The notes beneath the pieces are model-generated. The model ran no database searches and was not told the origin of the DNA. It saw nothing but the letters and a program-made list of their open reading frames with translations. A program made the translations under genes and the position numbers. A DNA stretch of 64,000 bases from Zygnema circumcarinatum SAG 698-1b (taxonomy: Eukaryota; Plantae; Zygnematophyceae), in contig CM074804.1 of NCBI GenBank assembly GCA_037447605.1, positions 7,851,909 to 7,915,908 of the forward strand, in the 5' to 3' direction. Each line of letters begins with the position of its first letter. The stretch's first letter is position 1. Of this stretch, positions 49,354 to 61,300 are shown piece after piece.

Positions 49354-52300
49354 ATGGACTATGAAGTGTTCCTCGTGCGCCTCCCCGGCTACACCCGCCC
49401 GACGCGCCACATCTCGAGGCTGCTGCGCGTGTCAGAGCATGGCCTCTCCCTCTCCTCCCTCTCTCCCTCCACTCCCTCCGTCACGGAGTACAGCTTTGAG
49501 AGTGTCACCAATGTGGCCGTCTCGCAAACAGACGCGCAGGAGTTCTCCTTCGACGTCCTGGACAGCGCAGGGGCCTCTATCACACACTCCTTTCTGTGCT
49601 TTTCCAGGGAGCGCCTGCTCACCACTCTCTTCAACAGACTGGACGATCTCAATGGCATAGGTGGGGTCTCTGTCTCTTTCTTTCTCTCTCTCTCTCTCCC
49701 TCTGTGTCGCGCTTTTCCTCGTCTGCTCACTCTCTCGTTCAATCATTGTATGTCTCGCTTCTTCTCCCTGCGAGCTGCCCCTCGCGCTCTCTCTCCCTCT
49801 CTATCTCTCCTTGTCTTCCTCTCTCTCCCTCTCTCCCTTTCCTTCCCTCTGGATCTGTATTTGTAACTGGCTAGAATCGAGCAAGCGGGAAAGAAAACCA
49901 CACGGGGGAGTTTAGGGAGAAAACTGCAGGATGAAACTTAATGAAGGGCACCGAGTTAGGGTTGAACTTATTGTTGCGCTTTTCTTTCTACTTTGCAGGG
50001 ACGGATTTTAACGTTAAAAAGCACAGCAACCGAGTGGGCGCATTTGTGGAAGTGGTTTTACGCCTGCGAAGCACTTCTCTCGTGAAGATGGTAACAGCTG
50101 GTGTTCGGCACGAGAGGCGGAAGGTAGCAGCCGAATGCAAGATATTTATTTTTTCATGCATATTCTCAAGCATCCACATCTATGTGCATGAAGCATACGC
50201 ATGTGAGTCCAATTTTTTTAAACTCAAGGGGACATGGTTGCATTTTGCAGGCCAGCAACATGAAGAAGATTAACTTGCAAGACATCGTGAAGATTGATAC
50301 GGTGGGAGATGACGGGAGGATGGTGCTCCTGCATATGAAATCTCGAGTCTGGCGACTTACAATTCCAAAAGACGCTCTGCAATTCGCACTTTCCTTACAG
50401 CGGAATATGAAGGTATCTTGGATGAACTGAAGGTTTGGATGAAGTTGAATTGTGGCTAAAATTAGCATGCGAGTCGAAAAAAAGTTCAGCTTCAGTTGGG
50501 TCGAAACGTTAAAATTGAGTGCTTGTAAGACGTGTTCCGTTTTGACCTTTTTCTTTTGACTTTTTTTAATTCTGTCTTGGAGGTTTGCAGACCTATCTGA
50601 ACCGTGATATTGAGGTGGAGAAGAGTATACCGTCGGCGCTAATCGATGCTGTGGCTGTACGGATGGCTCTACTGGTATGGAAATTGAAGGGTTGAATGGC
50701 TTCTAGGAGTCCTGCATTGTAAGGGTTTTCTGAGTTTTTAGATCAAAACTAGCTATTTGGGTTCTTAACGGTTTCCTGAACTTTAAAGCCATCAATTTGT
50801 TGTTGACACTTTGCACACACTTGCACCTTCCAAAACCATTCCTTTCACTCGCAGAAAATTTCCAGTAACTCGTATTGACTTATTGAGGGAAATACACACG
50901 AACCAGAAGATTTTTATCCAGCAAAAAATCTATTCAGCACTTGAATATTAAAAAATTGCTGTCCTCGTCCTCCAATAACATGCTTCTTAAGCAGGGCCAC
51001 TCCATTAAGGAAAGTCTTCAATGGCTTCAGGGAAATGATTAGCTCTCTGTTCATTACAAGATCAAATAACTGGAACAACCTTTCCAGTCTACATTATACT
51101 ATAACATATATACTGTGTCGTTTTGTTATGATTGTTTTGCCCCGACCACAAATTGTGAGTGGAAGGAAAAGAGAGGAAGGGGGAGAGGGAGGGATGGATA
51201 TGGGAGAACAAGAGAGAGGGGGATAGGGGAGAAAAAGGAGAAATACAGAGGGTGCGAGGAATTTTCCTATGGAGAGAGAAAAGGAAAAAAAGAGGCAGAG
51301 GGTTGTGACAGAAAGAGAAGGAGAGAGAGAGCGAAAGGGAGAAAGTGGGCGATAGGGAGAGGGAAGGGAGATCTTGATAGCGGTTTGTGGAATTCCATAA
51401 CATGCAACAAATCTTTTTCTAAGGAAAATCAGACTCTAAAGTTATCATGGAGGACTTTGTGGGAACAGAAGTCCTATCCTGTTCTTTATGAGTTCACTGC
51501 CACGAAAAACTTGGAGGGAGGATCCGGAAATCAGAGAGAGCGAGGAATAGTAATAACCAGCGAACACTTGGCAGAACTTTCGGGAGAGGAGGTCATCGGC
51601 ATTCAGAAGTGAGGCTTTCCTTTCGGAGTTCTCATCAATCCGATCCGAATGCCTTTTCTCATCAGCTGTTCAAGCACTCTGGACTTTTTTTCTTACTTTG
51701 ACCATCACCTGACTGAAGTCGCTTCGCTTAAACAATAGTACTTATATTATAAATCTTAATAACTATGTTACACTATACTGTTCTGTACTGTGTACTTCGA
51801 CCCTCAATATACGTGGTTTTGGTTGCCCAATGTTGGGGCAGCCTGAGCGACATTCTTGGTCTGGTTGTGAGCGACAAGAACGACAACGAAGTGATTTTGG
51901 AGTTCCGAGACTGGCGGCCCACGCAGTACTTCCTCCCGGAGAGGGACTCCTTTGTGGGGGCGCTGGCGGAGGTGATGGGCATTTCCAAAGGCGCGCAGTT
52001 CAGCGTGCGTCTCGAGCAGTTTTTTTCGCATACTCTTCCTGACAAGCCGCTGCCGTTGTACCAGGTGTGAATTCCTCCCTGAAAGAGAGGTAGAGAGAGG
52101 AAGGAGGAAGGGAGGGAGGGAGGGAGGGAGGGAGGAGGAGGGAGGGAGGGAGGGAGGGAGGGAGGGAGGGAGGGAGGGAGGGAGGGAGGGAGGGAGGGGA
52201 GAGAGAGGGAGGGAGGGAGGGAGGGAGGGAGGGAGAGGGGAGAGGGAGGGGTGGGAGGGGAGGGAGGGGAGGGAGTGGAGGGAGAGGAGGGAGGGGGGGA

Positions 52301-55271
52301 AGGGAGGGGAGGGAGGGAGGGAGGGAGGGGAGGGAAGGGAGGGAGGGAGGGAGGGAAAGGGAGAGAAGGCGAAGGAGGGAAAGGGAGAGAAGGCGAGGGA
52401 GGGAAAGGGAGAGAAGGCGAGGGAGGGAAAGGGAGAGAAAGCGAGGGAGGGAAAGGGAGAGGAGACTAGGAGTGAGGAAGGCAGAACGAGCAAGGGAGAG
52501 AGAGGGTTGAGGGGGGGCAAGGAAAGAGGAATGCAGAACGAGCAAGAGAAAGCGGGAGAGAGAAGTAAAAACGCAGGAGGGGGCGGGAAGGGGAAGGGGA
52601 AAGGTGAAAGGGTAGGTTGCATCACTTTCGCTGACTCTAAAGCAGTTCAAGCAGAGGGAGGGCCACATGCAGTAGGTGAGAGGGTGTAGCAGAGCCCATC
52701 TGCAATACACGAAATCGTATAGAAACCGAGGAAAGTGGAAGAGATTGCCTTCTCCACAATGTCATTAAGATATGCCTCGTGCTGGACGATGACCCTGTGT
52801 GCAATAAGGACAAATGTAGGCAAGAGCATAAATGGATTGTGTCACTTGGTTAAAGGACAACTTGATGAGTGTAGTAACTAATCCGGTAGGATGTTTCATA
52901 CGGGAGGCTTTATACTTTTAATCGGACTTAAATGCGTCCTATGAAATAATTCAACGCTCAGTTGCACAGTGTGAAGCAAGCGAGCGAGTCCTTGAAGCAG
53001 TGCTTTATCCAGTGAACTAAAATGAATTGCGTTTGAATTCGAGGTTAACACCTACGATGAAAAATAGGAGTCAGTCTATTCCAAATCCATGACACGTAGG
53101 ACAATTCTTAAGGAGATTCTTCTCAGTAATCAACATGATGTTGTATCTAGAAAGACCTTACGGTTTAGAAACACTACAAAACAGAGTTACAGACCTCGTC
53201 GGCTTTACTTTGAAACACCCTGAAAAGTAGCTTATTCCTTTTGTCAAAGCACTTTTCATTGCAATTCCTTCCGAAACGCCTGGATTTTAGGAGGCGCTTG
53301 TGACGCATTGGGAACAAATGGTGATGAGACAGGAGACGTTACAACATAAGAATGGGACTGCTTACAGAAGAACTAAGCCTCCATCTTCCGATGTCGAGTT
53401 ATTTAGATTCTCAAGCAGAGCGCTATCGCTTGACATACTGCGGTTTCGGTGCCACCCAACTCATCATTGTACTTTGTGAATTCTATGCAGAACGAATGTG
53501 AGATTTACATGATTTCTCGATTCATGTCAGTTTACAACAGTTACAAAGACTCTGGGCAACTTGGATCCCAACGGGCGCAGTCCGTGTGGTTCCCCTTATT
53601 GAAGGACTATGCATGCAATATGCATGTGAGTGGGCCCGCACGCATACTCTCTCTCTCTCTCTCTCTCTTTCCCACTCTCTCTCTCTCGCGCTCGCTCTCT
53701 ATCTCTCTCACTCACTCTTTGGATGAGTGAAACACCATCAAGTTCATATACAATTTTACTAGAAGCCTTCAAAATGCTTTTTTTTCAGTACACACTTGTC
53801 GTTTCAATGCCCTTGGTTTCTTCACTGGTGGTTCTAATACTAATTCCAGGGAACTACGTGTCGTCAATTCAGATTGGAGACTCGCTTATTATCGATTCAA
53901 GACCTCTGTATGCAGTTGCTGAGGTGCTTAGGACAAGTCTTGGTAAGCGTGCTGAGAGTCTGAACTCTACTTCTAAAATTATATTGTCACTCTTCCAATG
54001 CTGCCATTCTTGTTCTGCAAGATGATTCTTTACTCGGGGTTTTTTTTAGATTATTGAGTAAAGAGCTAAGCCAAGTTTCCATGTGCTGGTTATGGCTTTA
54101 CTTGGCAGCCATGAAACCGGGGCTTGGCTCGTCCTATGCGGTCACGTGCTGCATTGTACTGCAGAGGCTACTGGCTTCGCGTGCGTGCTTCGATTCAGTA
54201 AAGAGCAATCCTGAATTCGCAAAGCTTCTTCTCCAGGTGAGGCCCAAGTTCTGTTTATCTCTCAGCATGCTGTTCCGATCCTCTGCTTGCATAACAGCAG
54301 CTGTGAAACGCACAGGCGCGTAGGGGTCCACATTCATCATGCATTCATTCATCCTCCATTTTCTAGGCATGGAAGGAGCTCCCTATTGGATGTTCATGCA
54401 TTCAGCCCCCTCTCATCGAGCAGTGGTCCTTAGGGTTGTTCGAGGTCTTGAAGTTAACTGACCACATGTGCAAGGCGATTGTGTTTGTTTAATGGTATTG
54501 TGGATTCTTTATGCAGGCAATGAAGTCGAACAATTCGGTAGTTGCGTATTCTGCTGCCACAACTCTGCGAACTTCCGTCAAGTTCTATGCGAACGAGCCC
54601 AGCACCACCTCCAGTCTATCCTTCCTTGGCAGCTCGGGCCCCTCTTCTGCGGTACAGTCACCATTCCCTCCGGTCTGCTGACCCTGTCTACAGGTTTTTT
54701 TCCTTTTTTTCTACAGGACTTACATAAAGCCTGTCTTGTGATATTTCTGAAGCCGAATAATACTGTATAACCAATAGCTTGTAGAAGAAAGGCGCGACTT
54801 TTTCCGCTGTGTTTGAACATATGCGTTTGGTATCGACCCGTCAGCTGCTCGAAAATTTGAACGTATATAGTGGGGATCCATGTAAGGGTGGCTCTTCTAC
54901 CACTTTCCGACACTGTTAGGTTGCCATTGAATGCCCCCTTTGAGTTTAGACTTTTTTTTATTTTTTAGCCTAGTAAGCCTAGTTTTTTGCGGAATGAAGC
55001 GGTCGGAGCTGTCATTTACCATGGACTGGGACTGACTGAAGACTCATTCAGGTGGGATGCAGGAAGCAGCCAACAAGCTTGTCGTACTTTCAATAGACAA
55101 TCTCCAAATCCTCATCGCCCTCCTTCAGACGCATGCACTCATCAATCAGAACGCTCTGCAGGTGGTTGTCCACAACTTATGGAACTTTCATGGGTGTCGG
55201 AGATTAAAAATATTGGGTTAGAGCAGACTCGAAAGGTGGTGATGTCGGCAATAGTGCGGATTGCTTTTTGT

Positions 55272-55356
<85 letters not shown>

Positions 55357-58300
55357 CGGGATCGGGAAAGTAGGAAGATGGCGGAGGACCTCTACAGCGT
55401 GAGTGGGCCCACTGTATGCATTACTGCACTTCATTTGCTGAGTAGTATTATGTGAATTCATGTGTATTACAATTCGCAGGTTCTCGGAGTGCTTGAAATC
55501 CTGACGATGGCACTCAATCTTCCCCCCGCCTCGGATGCAGAGGCCGAACGGCAATGGACAAATGTAAGCTGGGCTGAGAATTTCTCGTTGACTAGAATTT
55601 CCTTTTCATGTCACATGTTGCTATTATGTTGCGAGTTTGTGTGTGTGTTGAATTTGTACAATAAGAAGCCTTTCTCAGCGAGTCTTCTCCGCCCTGACCT
55701 GCACAGGCTTTGGAGAATTCTTTGATCAGAGCGGCAGAGGCGCTATGTGCCACCTGCAGAACAAGAAGCTCGATCATGTTTCGAACGTAAGGGTTCAGCA
55801 CCAAAGTACTCAATAGAAGCACATCTTTCACCTTCTGTTGACGAGGTTTCTGCCATGTTTTCAAATTCAGTTTATAAATCTGATTAGAGAATTGGGTGGT
55901 TTAGCGTTCCTTAACAATTGTAGGATGTAATGGTGACCACTGATTATCTTACAAATGTCCAATCGCACACTTCCTTCGGGTTATGCACGTTTTTAGGCAT
56001 TTCCATCCTGCTTCCCCTATAAAGTTAAGGACATTGTTTTTCGCCCAATGTTCTGTGCATGTGCAGAAACGCCATGCTATTGAAAACTGCTCTCACAAAG
56101 TGCTCTCTCCCTACTGCGAATCAGCTGCAGGTGTGTATGTTCCCAAGAGCTGCTTGTCTAGTCATCCAGCCGAAAGGCCTTTTCCAACTTTAAATCCAAG
56201 ATCAAACCGTTAATAATAAGACTAAGAGTATTGTTTCTATGATTTTCGCTCGCCTTGTGTCTTCATTTTCTGAGGCACAGCATGCAATATCCGATTTCTG
56301 TAGAAAACAGAAATTCGCAATCAGAGTGCGTGCTTACTTCCAATGGAGAACTGTTTGCAGAACATGTTACGATCGCGGTGTGCGGTGCTCCTTTACTTAC
56401 GGCATGCATTGTTTTCAAAGAATGAGCGGACTCGAGAGCTGAGTGCGAGTCTGGTCTACCTCATGATGGAAGGCAGCGCTGAGACCCGAGCCATGCTCAA
56501 AAGCATCCTCCCCACAGTGAGTGGAAAGCATCCCATTGCTAATCTCATTTCACTCACTCACAAATTTCTCATTTCACTCATTTCACTCGCTGATTCAAGC
56601 CTCATCTCCTTATCGGTCGCTTTTGCGATCATTCGATCACTCGGGTCTTCCAGAACGCCAAACTGAACGTCGAACTGATCTGCATGTTTGCGGCTCTGCA
56701 CATATAGGGGGCTCCATTGAGATTTGTTTTTGAGGTTCTGAAAATCGACTCAGTGGGAGGAGAAAGAACAGACATCGACAGAGTGTTAAGGCTTCACTGA
56801 TGCTTGTGCAGGGTTTTGACGGTGTGTACAATCGCAAAATGGAGATGGTCCGACCGACCGAAACAGTACGGCTTCTCCACACTTCCTTTCTGTTCTTTTG
56901 ATGTCGCGGATGTGCTTCCTTTTGAGAGCTTAGAAATGTGAGAAATTCTGATAGCATGAATGTTTTATTTTCCGCTTTCTTCTGAGCTTCTCCAGCTGCC
57001 GGATCTCCGCGCAAGCCGCAATGTGAGCCTCCGAAAAAGTATCGAACTGGAAGAAAGAAGAGCGGGAAAGATGGTGGCATGGTTGGACACTTTGGACATG
57101 CTGCGAACCGACACAATCTCTACTCCTGTCTTGGTTTGGAACGACTTCAAGCGGCAAGAGCTTTTGAAGGTATAAAATCACGACAGAGGTCCTCTACTAT
57201 AGTTGAACTTCATGACGAAAAAGGAAGACGAGGAAAGTTTGCGTCTGGAATGGAAGTTGAATATGAAATTTGTGTGATTTGTATGTTCTTGAACATGAAT
57301 GCAAGGACGGAGAAACAATCCTCTGCCCAAGGCCAAGCCAAAGTCTGTACAATCTCCAGTATATTATTATACCCTGGGGTGTTCTGACAGGTTTTTGTTA
57401 TTGGATGCTTGTACTATTCGTGTCCAGTTTCTGAGGGAAGAGGTGGAGGTCTACGATCGGACTGCAAATGCTACTGCAGGAAGAGACTTGGAGTACAACA
57501 GCTATGACACAGAGCTTGTCTTCTCCGCTCTCAGCGAAAACAATGGTTCTCTCCCTCCCTCCATCCATGGATCTCCTCATCCCCGTTCCTCCCGTAAGCT
57601 TATGCTGCTGAAGACCATACACGTTGATGAAGAATCTCTGACTTCTCCCTCATCCACTATCTGTTGAGTCTGCAGAGGTTTGCAAGACAATGATCGATGG
57701 TATCCATCTGGAGATTCTTGTGGACAAGCTGAATGAGGATGAGCCTGGCCTAGATTCTCACTGGAAGGTACGAACATAAGACTGCAAAACAGCACATACG
57801 CTGATCTCATCTCCCTCTCTCTTGCTTCACTCCTTACCCTAGAAACCTCGCACAACTCAACTACCACTGTTTCCTTTTGTCCACTCCTTTGAATCCTTTC
57901 CTTTGGCATCTTGTGCAGCTTGAACACCCTGTAAGGCTCTTCCAGGCAGTTTTCCATGCTCTGCTAGTATGCTTCACTCCCCTCTATGCTACTAGCAACC
58001 TGCCGGAAGTAGAGCCGCGGTTGGCCATGGATGCGCTTACCTGGATATATGAGCGGCATGCGGCGGAGCTGGGGGCCACCATAGACAACCTCAAAGTGGT
58101 AGAGGTAGGAGTTCGTCTTTTCTTCCATCGCACAAACATGCAGGGAGGTAATGTTGGGCACGGCGGGTTGCCATGTAAGGGCTTGTGTTTAACACGGGAT
58201 AATCCAAACGAGTCGTAGAACTGAAGATAATTTGAGGTCCTTTTTTGCTGCAGACATTGGTTGCTATGCTTCGAGAAGCTATGGAGAATGAGCACCACGT

Positions 58301-61300
58301 GTTTGCCTTCAAGTCCGTGTTCTTGCTGCTGCTGGCAGTGGAGCGGGGGGGACGGAAGAGCGTCTTCAAATTCGTGAAGGCAGGAGGGATGGCCACAATT
58401 ATCCCGCTCATGGTGGTCTCCTTAGCCAAGGTCGGACTCTCTTCATCCCAGAAACCCAAAAATCGATACAGCAGATGGTTCTAAATACAAAGATATGCAT
58501 TGGAATGGGCTTCTCCAGATAGATGCTTAGGGAGGCAAACCACGCTGCATGATTCACAAAGCTCCCTAAGGGCTGTAATTCCGTAATTGCTAAACTCAAA
58601 CATCGTCATAGTAAGCGGGTAAGTGGATATGCTGATGATTGTGATGATGTTTGCAGTGTTGCAAGGATGTAACTCTGTTCGAATGCGATGCCCCGAGCGT
58701 AAAGGAGCGGCGTGCCATAGAAAGGGTCCCTGTGGTCGGAGCTGACGGAGAGGTTCGCATGGCTCGCGTTCCGTCAGGGAGAACGGGCGTTCCCCCTCTG
58801 CCGGATGGCAGCATGGAGGCAAGAGATGCGATCAAGTGGCAGGATGACAGTGTTCCGGAAAAGCTGCAGTTGGGGATGGCGTTGGACCTCCTGGAGTCTA
58901 TTCTAAGGTAACACCTCACAAACAGCAGATATGGACCTTCTCCCAACAATATAGCATATCAATATAGCATAGCATTTTGTTATTGTTTGGGGGCGACAAT
59001 AAGGAGCCTGAATGAATGGCTGTGTAGGCTTTCAGGCCACGACAACAGTGCGGAGTGCTTCCCTCCCTCGGCTGCCTGCCAAGACCTCACTCGACACGAG
59101 ATTCTCTACCACTTGGTGCAGATGCTTCTCCGAGCAAAGGCACCATTCTTCGGAAGGTGAGGCATCAAAACAGAGTTGTGGAGTGATTTATGTGCTCGAG
59201 ACATGATAGAAAAGTTTGTTCTACGGTCGGTCACTCTAAACATCCGAAGGAAATCGTGTCATAATGTCTCATTTCTTGAAGCTGGAGTCTCGTAATGCTG
59301 TGGGAGGTGGCAGGATTCTGGACATCCTTGTTTCGCTGTTCAAAGCAGACAAGTCAGCTCTTCCTGGCTTATACAAATTCGGTATTTTCGATATTGTGCT
59401 TTGGAAGCTCCTAGCTGGAGACATCACCAAGGAGGATAAGTCGGCGATTGTAAAATTTCTATGGCAGGCCCATCTGCACCAGGTATGTTGGCATAAAGCT
59501 TCTCCACTCTTTATCTGTTGAATCTGAGACCCTATGGGTGCATGCTGCTGAAAAACTTCCATCGTTGCTTTTGCAAATCAGTGAAATTTCTGCATGGTCG
59601 GTGCATGGAAAGATCATTATTATTGATGTTTTCTCAACTGCACGAAAAGTACTTAGTATTTAGTCTTTAGTACTCTACGTTCCTAGGGTTCATTATTAGG
59701 GTTTGAGCATTGCTGGTTGAAATGGGGGTGTGCAGGAACCGGACGGGTATCTTCATTCTCCCCTGAAGGGGCTCATTGTGGTGGAGCACATTCCATGGAA
59801 TGAGAGCATTCTCCGGCTATGGCTTCCACCAGGCCTCATCTCCAAGCTTATTCAGGAGGTCCACAACTCTCACAACTTGGAATACATATAGAGTGTCCCA
59901 TAGTATAAGAAAGAGTTATCCCCTTACAACCACCAGACTTATCTTTCTCTCATGTCCATATTAAACCGCATGATGCAGGGGCCGGAAGGCTTCAAGCTGA
60001 AGCTGGATAATGAAGAAGACTCTCCAGAGCTCATTTGGAACAAAGAAATGAAAGCAAGGCTGGTGGAAAAACTCACAGCAGATTTAGAACCCTACGTTAA
60101 GGCCCGGGCTGCAGACCCACAGGCTCTCTTTATTTACCAGCCACGACCGGCGATTGAATATCCCGAGCTTGCAGGTCAGAACTTTTGAACTATTTCTGTC
60201 TTGTGAAGGGGCCTTTGGCGGATTCGAAAAACCCTAAAAACCCTAACCAGGGAATAGTGCTTCTCTTCGTATGTTCTGACTTTGGTTTTCGATGAACAGA
60301 CACCATCTTTGTTGCCCCGCTATATCTGCACAACTTGCTGGATGTGGAACGGTTTCCAAACCACCAAGTCGCCGATCCCCCCTCCTTCCATACAGCAGTT
60401 CTACAGGTGGGTTTTCTTTTCTGACTTCCTTGCCAAGTTACAGCATCAAATGGAAAAGAATTGTTCCTCTTTTGTGCTGATTTGTATTGCGGGATCCCCT
60501 CTTTCCCCCTCCCCCCCGGTCCTCCCCGCCTTTTCTTGTAGATTCCATTAGCTTGAGAGAACATAGTACCGGCTTTCTGTATGGGCTGAATCTGGTCTCA
60601 TTGCTAATGTTAATGATTGTTAATGATTGTGGGAGTGCGGTATTACAGGAGTATCAGCGGATACTGAGCTCTACCACCGGTACATCTGTGTGGCGTCAGG
60701 AAGTCCCACGTATTGTTCAGTTGGCTGAAGCACAGGTGCAGTTCCAATTTCCTCCCCCACCGTCTCTCTCTCTCTCTACCACTCCTGTCCTCTACTCCAA
60801 CTTCTTCTCTCTCGCTTCCCTCCCGCCTGCCTCCTCCAAGGCTCTGTTCCTGCCACCGGACCATGCATTATCCAACACAGACTGCTTTTCTGTACCCGTT
60901 CTCATAGCTGCTTCATGTACTGACCTCATCCAGCTTCAAGCCCTCTTCTTTAATGCCTAAAAGGCCTAAATAATTCTAAAGCGACACAAGTGGGATTGCC
61001 CCTTCCCTTTCTGACCCTTTGAAGGGAGCGCACTCTTCTGATTCTTGACCTGCGTGTGGGAGGGAACGAGAGCAGGCCCTTGTCCTGCAGAGTCATCCTC
61101 AGATCCCTCTCTCTGCCCAGGCAGAGAGCACTGTGATGGATATCGCCACTCCCGCACTTCGTGTCTGCATAGCACAGAAAGACGGCTGCCCCGCCCCTAT
61201 GACTTCAATTCTGGCACACGCTGCTTCGATTCTGCGAAGCATAGCGAAGACGCGTGCAAAGTGAGTCCTGAAAATGGAATAGTATATGTATATTTATCGT

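Noticed and set aside
51804-52710. Long Pro/Ser/Leu-rich minus-strand ORFs (extensin-like)
   Set aside because: Translation of the intronic (GGGA)n tract on the antisense strand.
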